A stretch of 64,000 bases of DNA from an uncultured virus (IMG/VR IMGVR_UViG_3300030103_004079). Its lineage: Duplodnaviria; Heunggongvirae; Uroviricota; Caudoviricetes. The notes beneath the pieces were generated by a model. The model had not been told where the DNA came from, searched no databases, and worked only from the letters and a program-made list of their open reading frames with translations. The translations under genes and the position numbers were made by a program. This document shows positions 47,931-57,342 of this stretch, in pieces. The stretch lies in the IMG/VR virus record IMGVR_UViG_3300030103_004079; one strand, 5' to 3'. The first letter of the stretch is position 1; every line of letters begins with the position of its first letter.

Positions 47931-49529
47931 TCATCCCTGTAAAATCCAATGAGTTGTAGTTGTGCAATTGGTTAAGGTTCTTGGCATCAATGTAGCCTCA
48001 ACTGTAATTGCGCCCTTATCATCGGGAACAGTCCATGTGTTAGCACTTGTAAAGTAGTCATCGAAAGCAAGAGTAAATGATTCTCCACTATCTTTAGTAA
48101 ATACTAAATCAATAGATTCGGAAACATTATTATTTTCATCTTGGTTCAATAATTCTGTAAACAATTTATCATCAGTAACCATAGCAGTAATAGCAATTTC
48201 ATAAGTTCTTTGTGCAGGAAGGGCATCCTTTACTCTCTTATTACCTGCACCCAAAAATCTTTTATCTTGTAGATTGTTATTGATGGTTAATGTAAAGTTT
48301 GTGATTTTCAAGAACTGTTGTCCATATACACTCATAGTTCCATCGGAAAAGAAAAACGGTTCTAAATGAGTAGCCTCGTCAGTAAAATTAAACAAACTTC
48401 TGTTGGTAGATTGTCCACCTCTTGACTCATATCCTGTGCTTGGTGAAGCCAATGATTGCGGGATTTCATTTACTGCTCTAGTGTTTAAATCCAAAGTCAT
48501 TTTAACTTCTTCATTTTCATTAGCAGTTAATGTCAAAGTATTAACTCTATTTCCTCTAGCGATTCTAACAAAGTTAATGTCTTCTGCATCATTATCTTGG
48601 TCGGATTGAAAGTTATTTGCGACATCTTTCGTTAATGAATATTCAAGACCAAAGGAAGGTAGATGCTCACCATTAGTTTCTTCAAACTTGTATGTGATAA
48701 AGCCCCCTGTCGCCGGAACAGGAAAAGTAATGTCATCTAAATCTGATTCTGTATTATCAACAGTAAATAACAAAGGAGGAACAATATGAGTTGTTCCGCT
48801 TACAGTATTTGCTCGATAGATAAATGGCCCTTCGTCTACATGAGATGTTGCGCTCGTTCCGTGAAAATATAATCTATTATCTGTAGTTCCCGATTTAGAA
48901 GAACCCGTATGATAAGAAGCGGGATGATTACTTGAAGAAGTAGAAGCAGGAGTTAATTCGGTACACTTTCCTAAAGCATAATAAAGCCATGTTACTTGAT
49001 TACAAACTATTCCTAAATTACCACCACTAGCAGTTTCTATTCCTTTATACTGATGTGTAAAGTTTCTTGTGCCACCTAAAGATAAGTTGAGTTGTTTCAT
49101 TTCAATTTCTGTATTTGGAAATGTTGCACTTTCTAAAAGTCCAAGCCAGTTATCGGCATGTAGTCTTGTTTTACCTGTTCCATCATTATCGGAGTCGGGA
49201 GCAGGACATGGTGCGCCATATGCTTTTAACACAAACTCATCACCTGCCGCTACTGCTTCGGAAATTGCGGGAGATATAGTAAAAGTATCATGGTCATTTC
49301 CAGTCACAATATGAGAAGAAGTATACTTACCACTATCGGAGGCATTGTAAAAATCAATTCTACAACCAATATACAAATTAGGAACTAATTGGAAGTGCGC
49401 TAAATCCGCTTGAACAAGTTGAATTTCTGTCGTGCTTGACCCTTCTGCTTTAAAATAAAAATCTAATTCGGGAACTAAAGTCATAGTTGCCCCGCTACCT
49501 AAAAATATGCTACTGTTTTCTACTGCCAT
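47931..49529 (-). CDS. Major tail (tube) protein with inserted domains
   Basis: G..VNTLTL, FFFSDG, NFTLTINNNL tail-tube pattern; position before chaperones. Confidence 0.75.
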   Translation of the reverse strand: MAVENSSIFLGSGATMTLVPELDFYFKAEGSSTTEIQLVQADLAHFQLVPNLYIGCRIDFYNASDSGKYTSSHIVTGNDHDTFTISPAISEAVAAGDEFVLKAYGAPCPAPDSDNDGTGKTRLHADNWLGLLESATFPNTEIEMKQLNLSLGGTRNFTHQYKGIETASGGNLGIVCNQVTWLYYALGKCTELTPASTSSSNHPASYHTGSSKSGTTDNRLYFHGTSATSHVDEGPFIYRANTVSGTTHIVPPLLFTVDNTESDLDDITFPVPATGGFITYKFEETNGEHLPSFGLEYSLTKDVANNFQSDQDNDAEDINFVRIARGNRVNTLTLTANENEEVKMTLDLNTRAVNEIPQSLASPSTGYESRGGQSTNRSLFNFTDEATHLEPFFFSDGTMSVYGQQFLKITNFTLTINNNLQDKRFLGAGNKRVKDALPAQRTYEIAITAMVTDDKLFTELLNQDENNNVSESIDLVFTKDSGESFTLAFDDYFTSANTWTVPDDKGAITVEATLMPRTLTNCTTTTHWILQG

Positions 49530-49561
49530 GCTTTCATCTCTCCTTTCCTTTTACTTACTTA

Positions 49562-50071
49562 CTAAGGGAGTGCTAATGCGAATCGTTTTGTCTCTACTGT
49601 CAATTTATAACCGAATAACCTCTTTGACCTATCGTTACTTTCGCTTCTTGAACCTACAAATACTTGATGAAACTTAGAACCATCACTTGCAGTATACCCA
49701 GTACGACCTCGCTCAAGTGCATGACGGGCTATCAAGTATAAAGCCTTTAGCCTGTCTTTTCCAAAGGCGGCATCCGTACCTGCTCTTTCATCATGTATGG
49801 TTCTTATATGCATTGTAAATGAATAAGTTTCATTTCTCACATCAAAAGTAGTGGTGGGATATTCTATGTTTTGGGAGTCTTCAAAGAATATAATTACATC
49901 TTTAGCAGTTAAATCATATCTAGCCCCTCTATTCTTATCTAATGTTCTAACATCAACAAAGTTAGGAGTTCCTGCATGGTCGGCAGTTATTTTTCCTTCG
50001 CTAATTAATGTTGTAACAGAAGAACTCCATTTACTTGAAACTAAATCAATAAGTAAACTTACTTCATCCAT
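49562..50071 (-). CDS. Tail terminator/neck protein
   Basis: Size, position and beta pattern. Confidence 0.5.
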   Translation of the reverse strand: MDEVSLLIDLVSSKWSSSVTTLISEGKITADHAGTPNFVDVRTLDKNRGARYDLTAKDVIIFFEDSQNIEYPTTTFDVRNETYSFTMHIRTIHDERAGTDAAFGKDRLKALYLIARHALERGRTGYTASDGSKFHQVFVGSRSESNDRSKRLFGYKLTVETKRFALALP

Positions 50072-50072
50072 T

Positions 50073-50270
50073 TTATCGCCTCAATGCTTTTTTAAAATCA
50101 TCACTTATTTTTTGAGATATTGCCCTGCTAAAGTTTTCTTGTGCATTTTTAATCATTTCATCTTTACTAAAACTAATATCAATACCTAATATTTCGGATA
50201 ATTCTTGCATGGCTTTTTGTCTTTCCATTTCTATTTGTAAAAATTTCTTGAACAATTGTATCTCTTGCAT
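50073..50270 (-). CDS. Small neck-region protein
   Basis: Coupled ORF. Confidence 0.5.
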   Translation of the reverse strand: MQEIQLFKKFLQIEMERQKAMQELSEILGIDISFSKDEMIKNAQENFSRAISQKISDDFKKALRR

Positions 50271-50275
50271 AGAAA

Positions 50276-51394
50276 TCACTCAAGTAAGTAAACCAAATCA
50301 CCCTTTCCTTTCAGTATGTCCATTGCCTCTTTAGTTAGAATATCATACTTTTCTTTAGTAGATATATTACCACCAGTTTCAGCAATCATAATCGTTTGGT
50401 CATCATGTCGTAATAATTCAGCCGCTACTAGCATTGTTGTGGCTTTATGTATAGCCGATGGGACACGACTTGAACCCGCAACATATGTAATAATAATAGA
50501 GTTTTGAGTATGATATGGATAATCTCTTAAGAAAAAGATTCTACCGTCATCCTTGATACTCCAAAAACTACCCAATCTTTTCATGTCTTGCTTATCAGTG
50601 AATATCTCCGAAGAGGATTGTGAATTCTGTCCTGCTTTATCTGTAACTGTTATTGTGCATCCCGAACCATCTTCTCCTGCTAAAAGACTTGAAATGTTAA
50701 TTTTATATCCATCATCGGGGTCAATAGAAGCATAAAAGAAATCACTTATGCTTAAATTATTAGGTGAAGATGTCCTCTCTTTTTCTCTATTTGCTCCTGT
50801 AAACTGTGCTGTATTTGCAGGAAACTCTTCATTAATCAAATGACAAATATCCCTCGCTGTTGTTTTTGCGCCAAATCTACTGTCGAATGTATTATGTGCC
50901 GACATAGTTCCTTCTCCTTGAAAAAACAACTCAAAGGTATCACCGTTATTTGGTAATTGTAAAGTTATTTTTCTAAGGTGTTGGAAATTGTCGGGGTCTA
51001 GTGTAACGCTTGCTTGGGCTGATGCTAACTCAAGATAACTATTACCTTGCCAAACCTTCAAAGATATTACTTTTTTTAGTTTCATTGTGGCTAATTGTAT
51101 AAACCCAACATAGCCACCATAGTATGCTTGCATTGGATGTCTAACAAACTCAAAGTCATGAAATTCATCTTTGTGTATAATGGGTCTATATGAACGCTTT
51201 ACTTTATCATCAACTATGCCTTCTATGTTCTTGATTATCTTACCTACTTGGGCTTGACTAGGAAAAGTAGAAGATGTAAATGCAGGTATTTGTAACATAT
51301 CCGATACTGCGTCTTTATCAGTATAGAATCCTTTACCTGTTGAATAATCTACATCAATAGATGTATAGTCACTTGGGGATGATGCTATTGCCAT
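50276..51394 (-). CDS. Head-tail adaptor-like protein with insertion
   Basis: N-terminal YTD..AV..ML and C-terminal ITYVAG..VPSAIHKAT.MLVA adaptor motifs. Confidence 0.65.
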   Translation of the reverse strand: MAIASSPSDYTSIDVDYSTGKGFYTDKDAVSDMLQIPAFTSSTFPSQAQVGKIIKNIEGIVDDKVKRSYRPIIHKDEFHDFEFVRHPMQAYYGGYVGFIQLATMKLKKVISLKVWQGNSYLELASAQASVTLDPDNFQHLRKITLQLPNNGDTFELFFQGEGTMSAHNTFDSRFGAKTTARDICHLINEEFPANTAQFTGANREKERTSSPNNLSISDFFYASIDPDDGYKINISSLLAGEDGSGCTITVTDKAGQNSQSSSEIFTDKQDMKRLGSFWSIKDDGRIFFLRDYPYHTQNSIIITYVAGSSRVPSAIHKATTMLVAAELLRHDDQTIMIAETGGNISTKEKYDILTKEAMDILKGKGDLVYLLE

Positions 51395-51398
51395 TGTA

Positions 51399-53345
51399 TC
51401 AAACCTCTCTTTCTAATATATTTAGTTCTTCTTTAATGTCAAATATAAAATCTCTCGCTGTTCTTGTTGATTTTAAATCGGGCTGTGACTCCTTTTTATA
51501 TGCTGTCTGTAACTTTCTTAAGTTTACATTTTTATATTTTATAGTGCTAGGTTGTCTATTAAATTTACCTAAAGAATATGTATAACTAGTTGTAGTTTCT
51601 CCATCGGAATCTTTTGCAGTAAAAGCGAACCTATCAATAACTAATCTAAAGTCCATAACCTTAGTAACATCTCCTATGGTTTCACCAAAGTATTGTTTGT
51701 CCAATACTTTATTCGGGTCATTGTATAATACTTCTAACATTTCACTGGTTTCAACATCCTTTTTTTCTCTAGCAGGTAAACCTTTATCGCTTTCTTTTAT
51801 TCTTTTATCAATAAATCTTCTTTTATTAGTTAAATAAGTTTCAAATATCGGTTTCAAAAAGTTATCACCGTCTTTACCTATTTTACCTAACTCGATTTCA
51901 TATCTACTTTTGTCAAAATCGGGCAACAATAATAGATGCTTTGCTTTTAATGGGTTATTCTTTGGATTATTATATCCTATAACTCTTATTTGACTTAACA
52001 TATCTCTATTCGTTGTAACAGTGTCGGCCACATTACCAAAACTTTTGCCGCCTATTGTTACTTCACTAAGAACTCTTTTTAAGTCGTCTAATATGTCCTG
52101 CTCAACAGGTTCATCAATCTCTTTTTCTAGGAATTCTTTAAACAAACCTTTTGTTTTTTCTCTTTCTTTTTCAGTAGTTTCATCTATTATTTGTTCTTCT
52201 TTTGCTCTAAAGTCCTTCTCTTCTTCGGCACTCTCAAGCCTATCAAACATTTCATCTACTTGTTCTTCAGCCGCATCTTTAATATATCTTTCAATATCTT
52301 GTAAAGCAGGACTCTTAATGGAAAGTTGTTCTCTTAAACTATCAATAAAATTATCGAATACAGGTCTAAGTTTATCTGCTTGTTTTTTAAGTTTAGAATA
52401 TTCTTGTACCGCTTTCTCTCCTTCTTCTGTGTCTTCATATTGTTTTCCAAATATTATTTCTAAACTATCTGCCGCAGTTTTCTGTTCTCTACCAGTCGTT
52501 GTGGCTATAGGTATAACTTGTTCTCTATAAAGAGGACTATTTTCTAAAGATAACTTTTCATCATCTCCGCCCCCAATAGTCATTTTAGTTTCTTGTTGGA
52601 TTTTTTTACTTGTTATAATATTAGGAAGTAATATATTCCTTAAGTCTGTTTCTTTTCTAATAAAACCTGCATCGAATAATGCCTCCGCTTTGGGGTAGGC
52701 ACTTTCTTCGGTGTTAAGATTGTCTATATAGGCATCGTTGCTTAATTCAGTAAATGTAATAATTTTAGTTTTTTTGTTTTTGTTTCTATGAGATTTTTCT
52801 TCAACATTAAAAATATTATTACCATCGTCATCTTTTAATTCTTTAAGTCGGTCTAACTCACTTTTAGTTAAGCCCTGTCTAATCCTAGATTGACTTGCTT
52901 TTGTTGCCTTTGTATCTCTAAAAACGCTTGCTAATTTTTGACTTGTTAAATCTTTTAATTTTATTTGTGCGAGTTCTTTTCCGATTTCATTAGTTTTTAA
53001 AAAACTTTCAATATCACTTTTTAGACGCAATTGAAACCTGTCGTCATCTATTATACCTTTTGAAACTATATTTCCCTTGTCGTTTAATTGACTTAGAAGT
53101 GATTTATTCTTTAATGCTGACAATGCTTTTTTATAAACAGTTATGAATTTATTTTCATCATATGTTTCAGAACCGAAGTTCTTTTCCTTTACATCATCGG
53201 GGTCTACTCTTTCAGCGTAATCTTCTGTTCCTTTTCCGGTAGAACCTTCCGCTAAATAATCAAACAAAATAAACTCGGCAAATCTTTGAGTTGCTATAGG
53301 TTGAGTCCAAGATAGAGGACTACCTTTAGCATCTTTTATTCTCAA
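51399..53345 (-). CDS. Large charged helical protein (648 aa)
   Basis: K/E/D-rich coils; TTG start after AGGTGA. Confidence 0.7.
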   Translation of the reverse strand: MRIKDAKGSPLSWTQPIATQRFAEFILFDYLAEGSTGKGTEDYAERVDPDDVKEKNFGSETYDENKFITVYKKALSALKNKSLLSQLNDKGNIVSKGIIDDDRFQLRLKSDIESFLKTNEIGKELAQIKLKDLTSQKLASVFRDTKATKASQSRIRQGLTKSELDRLKELKDDDGNNIFNVEEKSHRNKNKKTKIITFTELSNDAYIDNLNTEESAYPKAEALFDAGFIRKETDLRNILLPNIITSKKIQQETKMTIGGGDDEKLSLENSPLYREQVIPIATTTGREQKTAADSLEIIFGKQYEDTEEGEKAVQEYSKLKKQADKLRPVFDNFIDSLREQLSIKSPALQDIERYIKDAAEEQVDEMFDRLESAEEEKDFRAKEEQIIDETTEKEREKTKGLFKEFLEKEIDEPVEQDILDDLKRVLSEVTIGGKSFGNVADTVTTNRDMLSQIRVIGYNNPKNNPLKAKHLLLLPDFDKSRYEIELGKIGKDGDNFLKPIFETYLTNKRRFIDKRIKESDKGLPAREKKDVETSEMLEVLYNDPNKVLDKQYFGETIGDVTKVMDFRLVIDRFAFTAKDSDGETTTSYTYSLGKFNRQPSTIKYKNVNLRKLQTAYKKESQPDLKSTRTARDFIFDIKEELNILEREV

Positions 53346-53357
53346 AAAGAATCACCT

Positions 53358-54026
53358 TCACATTAACCATTTAGCCCAAGCCGCACCTTTTTGTATAGCA
53401 CTACCTAAACCTAATCCGCTTTGTGGAGGTTCGTAACTCATTTGTCCTTGAGCATCTATCCAATATGGTCTTCCATAGTTATCTGTGCCTGTTGGTGGTA
53501 TAGGATAGCCACTACCATTATTCATAGCACCTTGCATCTGTTGATATTGTTGAGTTTGTCCTGTTAGTCCTGCTATTGCCATACCTGCTGTCGGTTGTGC
53601 CATTTGTTGCATGCCACCACCACCGCTAAATCCTTGAGATTCTAGGTATTGCTGTTTTGCTAACTTTCTTTGATTAACAACTTCTGTATTGATTGCCGCA
53701 TCTAATATCTTTTGAATGTCTAATTCAATATTTTCTTGAGTTATCTTTTCAAATTCTCTCATAGCATCATTGTGTATTCTTAACATTCCTGTTGTAGAAT
53801 CTGTTGTAAATTGTAACTTAGCCAACATCTTACTAACTACTCTTTCCACAACATCTTCCATAAGTTTCTCTATTTGTGTTAAAAACATTTGACCGTGATA
53901 TTGAAAGAACTCCTCAACATGATTGTCTTGTAAAGAAAGTAAATTATTTACATTCTTGAATTGTTGGTCGCTTTGTGCTTGTACTGATGCCAAGACTGTT
54001 CCGTTACTTGTTCCTAAAATTCCCAT
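53358..54026 (-). CDS. Helical protein with Q/G/M-rich low-complexity region and amphipathic C-terminus
   Basis: ...GLGLGSAIQKGAAWAKWLM. Confidence 0.7.
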   Translation of the reverse strand: MGILGTSNGTVLASVQAQSDQQFKNVNNLLSLQDNHVEEFFQYHGQMFLTQIEKLMEDVVERVVSKMLAKLQFTTDSTTGMLRIHNDAMREFEKITQENIELDIQKILDAAINTEVVNQRKLAKQQYLESQGFSGGGGMQQMAQPTAGMAIAGLTGQTQQYQQMQGAMNNGSGYPIPPTGTDNYGRPYWIDAQGQMSYEPPQSGLGLGSAIQKGAAWAKWLM

Positions 54027-54027
54027 A

Positions 54028-54660
54028 TCATTCACCCTGTTCTCCTTTAATTAGATAATTAACTCTTTCTGTATTTAGTTGTATTTCCGCCATCAATCTA
54101 ACTATTTCTGCCATTTGTGTTTCTGCATCGGTAGCCGGTGTTGGTGGCGTTATAGTCCATCCCATGCTAGTCAACCTCATAACATCTTCTTTCGTTAAGT
54201 TGTTTAATTGTTGTCTTTTCAACATAGAAGGCATTTTGGCTTTAGGAATAAACGCTTTAAAATCTAATCCGTGTTCATCTGCCAATATTTGTTGTTGTAG
54301 CATTTCCATTTGTTTATGGATAGCCGCATGTCTAGGGCAGTAAGTTCCTCTAAGCGGTCTTCCTTTCTCTACTTTATCTAGCGGTATTGGTGGCCTTAAG
54401 TAATCTCCTGCTTCCCAAATTTGATGAGTTCCACAAACTACACATCTATCTTTAAAGTTAAACTTGTGACCATATCTTATGAAGAGAACCTTTTTCTTTT
54501 CCGGTAACAATACTTTTCTTATTTCTTTCATTTGCTTCTTTGGTTTTAGCGCATCAAACTTATAATCTTCAATTGGCCCAACTGCTCTATATTGTTGCAG
54601 TTTAGGTAAAAAAGCGTTCTTTGCTTGTTGCGTGTTTATCAAATTCGGTTGCTGATACAT
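54028..54660 (-). CDS. Zn-binding hypothetical protein
   Basis: CVVCG...YCPRH. Confidence 0.7.
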   Translation of the reverse strand: MYQQPNLINTQQAKNAFLPKLQQYRAVGPIEDYKFDALKPKKQMKEIRKVLLPEKKKVLFIRYGHKFNFKDRCVVCGTHQIWEAGDYLRPPIPLDKVEKGRPLRGTYCPRHAAIHKQMEMLQQQILADEHGLDFKAFIPKAKMPSMLKRQQLNNLTKEDVMRLTSMGWTITPPTPATDAETQMAEIVRLMAEIQLNTERVNYLIKGEQGE

Positions 54661-54670
54661 CTTTCATTCC

Positions 54671-55333
54671 TCAATAATCCTTTATCATAGTGGTTATTCC
54701 TTTATACACCATCTCAGGGTCGGACTTAGCCGATACTATATATTTGAAACAAGGTATACCCTTGTCATTTAACTGCCTCATTCCATACTTAAAAGGTTCA
54801 AATATTTCATGTTTGTCTATAGGATTGTCACTTTTATACTTCTCTCCCCACATATCATATTTATTTCCCCATATACCAACTGCCATAGGATAATCCGCCT
54901 CTTTTTTCTTTCTACCCGAAGGCCATCTATCTGCTACAATAGTATCTACTAAAAATTTCCATGCTAGTTGATGGTCTAAATTAGAAGGAGAATCTAAATG
55001 CCTGTGGTCTATCATAAAAATAATATATCTTACTTTACGCTTTTGCATATCTTTGACCCATTCTTTCCAATAGATTGCTTCCCCTCCCAAGTCAGCACTC
55101 TTAATTGTGTGAGAACTACCATCAATCTTAACATTCTTTCTAGTGGCTCTATGTAAACCAACGGTTCTATCTTTTATTGTGGGAACTTCTCCCCTTGTTC
55201 TAAGTTGGTGGCTTAGGGTTGTTTTACCAACCATTGTAGAACCATAAACTCCAAAATTAATTGCATGAACTTTTTTGTAAAAGCCTATTATTGCTTCACC
55301 CACAAGAATAGCAAAGCCAGTCATTATGGACAT
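54671..55333 (-). CDS. Small Ras-superfamily (Arf-like) GTPase
   Basis: G1 GSTMVGKTT, G2 RTVG, G3 DLGG, G4 NKYD, G5 SAK; hydrophobic N-terminal helix. Confidence 0.88.
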   Translation of the reverse strand: MSIMTGFAILVGEAIIGFYKKVHAINFGVYGSTMVGKTTLSHQLRTRGEVPTIKDRTVGLHRATRKNVKIDGSSHTIKSADLGGEAIYWKEWVKDMQKRKVRYIIFMIDHRHLDSPSNLDHQLAWKFLVDTIVADRWPSGRKKKEADYPMAVGIWGNKYDMWGEKYKSDNPIDKHEIFEPFKYGMRQLNDKGIPCFKYIVSAKSDPEMVYKGITTMIKDY

Positions 55334-55552
55334 TTAATGCCCCCAAATATCCTTAGCCCTCTCTATAATCCAACCCATTATATTAATGTCAAAGACTCCC
55401 ATAATATTACCTATCAAAAATGCTGATAATCCAACACAACTTCCCCAAAAATACATCTTCATTTTTATGAAGAACATATCTGCCGAATGCGCTCGACTTT
55501 GATTATATACATAGTCGGACTCACTAAAGCCCATTATGTCGCCAAAGACCAA
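55334..55552 (-). CDS. Small membrane protein
   Basis: Hydrophobic YFWGSCVGLSAFLIGNIMGVF segment. Confidence 0.7.
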   Translation of the reverse strand: MVFGDIMGFSESDYVYNQSRAHSADMFFIKMKMYFWGSCVGLSAFLIGNIMGVFDINIMGWIIERAKDIWGH

Positions 55553-55563
55553 TCAACCACAAC

Positions 55564-55974
55564 CTACTGTTGTATAGTTGCTAAAAATTCATTTCCTATT
55601 GTGTTGTCATCGTAATCTTCAGTGGTAGCCATAACTCCGTTTCGCCAGTTTTCACGCCTTACTGTGCCGAACTGCTTCATGCTATCTTGTAGTTTAGATT
55701 TGATTTGTTCTTCTCTTTGTAGTCTTTGGAAATGATTTTCTATCTGTCTGTCTAGTAATCGTATCTCAATCTTATCGTTTAGTGATAGGTCAAACAATGC
55801 TTTCATAACCATTATTCCACCCACCGTAATAAGCCCAAACAGAACAGAATGTGCTAATGCTCCGTAAGGGAAATTTAATCCATAAGCAGAATAAAAATAT
55901 ACATTCGCTCCGCTAACTGTTCCGACAAATAAAATTGTCATAACTAATCTTGTGTCTTGACTTAGTGCCGCCAT
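55564..55974 (-). CDS. Two-TM membrane protein with C-terminal coiled coil
   Basis: Two hydrophobic segments followed by heptads. Confidence 0.75.
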   Translation of the reverse strand: MAALSQDTRLVMTILFVGTVSGANVYFYSAYGLNFPYGALAHSVLFGLITVGGIMVMKALFDLSLNDKIEIRLLDRQIENHFQRLQREEQIKSKLQDSMKQFGTVRRENWRNGVMATTEDYDDNTIGNEFLATIQQ

Positions 55975-55983
55975 AATAAAACC

Positions 55984-56289
55984 TCAATTGAACTCGACAG
56001 AAACATTGGCCGTAGAACTTCCTGCTTCTGTTACTTCCAAGAATATTCCACTCCTACATAGAACTCCATGCATATCGTATTCAAGATTATAATGTCCTGT
56101 AACGCTATGATGTATTCTCGCTACTTCTGTTCCGGTATTATCCGTTCCATTAAAAACTTTAATTGTAACTGCCGCATTAGAAGCAATTGTAATTGCCGCA
56201 TGAATGCTAACTAACTTAGCGTTTTCACTACTTACAATTGCACTTGCCCCTAATACGCCGCTACTTCTACAACCGCCTATGCCCGCCAT
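55984..56289 (-). CDS. Small beta-rich putative virion protein
   Basis: G/S/T/V-rich; AGGTGA RBS. Confidence 0.6.
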   Translation of the reverse strand: MAGIGGCRSSGVLGASAIVSSENAKLVSIHAAITIASNAAVTIKVFNGTDNTGTEVARIHHSVTGHYNLEYDMHGVLCRSGIFLEVTEAGSSTANVSVEFN

Positions 56290-56341
56290 ACTATCACCTG
56301 TTCAATCTATGGAGAAAGACTCCACCTATTTAATGTAGCGA

Positions 56342-56698
56342 TTACTCTTTCTTTGTTTTAGAAGGAGTTTTTGCTTTAGGTTTAGGCTTTGGCTTAGGTT
56401 TAGGAGTTGGTTTCTTACGAATAACTTCTTTCTTAGGAAGTAGTTCGTCTGCTAATTCTTTAACAGTTGAAATATCTTTTCCTGTTTCCTTACAACCCAT
56501 TAGAACTAGTTTTTCATTAAGTCCTAATAACTCTTCACGGTCTTCTTCACTAAAACTAAAGAAATAATTTGGGTCGGAAAGACGAAGGACAGCCCATTTT
56601 ACTGAAACTGTCGCTTCTTCTTTCCTTGTTATTTCTTGTTTTGGTGTAATGTTAAGCCTACCGATTTTTGAGTTATCAGTTAATCTAACTGTTACCAA
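56342..56698 (-). CDS. Small protein with Lys/Pro-rich tail
   Basis: KPTPKPKPKPKAK. Confidence 0.65.
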   Translation of the reverse strand: MVTVRLTDNSKIGRLNITPKQEITRKEEATVSVKWAVLRLSDPNYFFSFSEEDREELLGLNEKLVLMGCKETGKDISTVKELADELLPKKEVIRKKPTPKPKPKPKPKAKTPSKTKKE

Positions 56699-56708
56699 TC
56701 AAGCCACC

Positions 56709-57053
56709 TCAAAGGTTTCCATAAACTCTTACTCTAACCGAGCCAAAGTCCACTGAACCGCCTTCTTCGTTAGCACCGCTTGTTCCGATTATCACATTAA
56801 GTTTGAATGAGGTAGTTCCTGCATACAAACCTGTTGCTGATACTTCGGGAACAACTAATCCAACTACTGAATCTTGTCCTGTAACTATAACTTGAGTAAC
56901 TGTTGATAGACCAAGTGCTGAAGCCAATACTTCTAAACCGCCGGAAGCGTAAGTGTCCATATCTATTAGTGCATCAACCACATATTCATCACCACTAACT
57001 TTTGGTCGGGTAACTCCTTTATGGTCTGCTAATAATGTTACTGTTAGTGCCAT
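56709..57053 (-). CDS. Putative capsid decoration protein
   Basis: Downstream of MCP; YASGG...LGLS motif. Confidence 0.55.
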   Translation of the reverse strand: MALTVTLLADHKGVTRPKVSGDEYVVDALIDMDTYASGGLEVLASALGLSTVTQVIVTGQDSVVGLVVPEVSATGLYAGTTSFKLNVIIGTSGANEEGGSVDFGSVRVRVYGNL

Positions 57054-57064
57054 TATTAATCACC

Positions 57065-57331
57065 TTACTGTCCAATTGCTATGAAAGTTCCAGTATCACC
57101 GCTTGTTGTTACAATTGTTACTGAACCACTAGCCAAAGGTAGTGTTTCATTGACAACTGCCGCCGCCGCTTCTACTGCTGAACCTGTATGTCCTAGAACA
57201 CACACATCAACTCGACTTAATCCAGTAACGATGTCGCCACCTGTTACCGAGTCTGCGTTCCATGTTCCATAGACAATCTTCATGTTTCCTTCTAATATTT
57301 GCTCGTTTTCTATTGTATAACTAAATGCCAT
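57065..57331 (-). CDS. Putative capsid decoration protein
   Basis: Immediately after MCP; TGGDIVTGLS resembles neighbouring gene. Confidence 0.55.
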   Translation of the reverse strand: MAFSYTIENEQILEGNMKIVYGTWNADSVTGGDIVTGLSRVDVCVLGHTGSAVEAAAAVVNETLPLASGSVTIVTTSGDTGTFIAIGQ

Positions 57332-57342
57332 ATTTCTTCACC

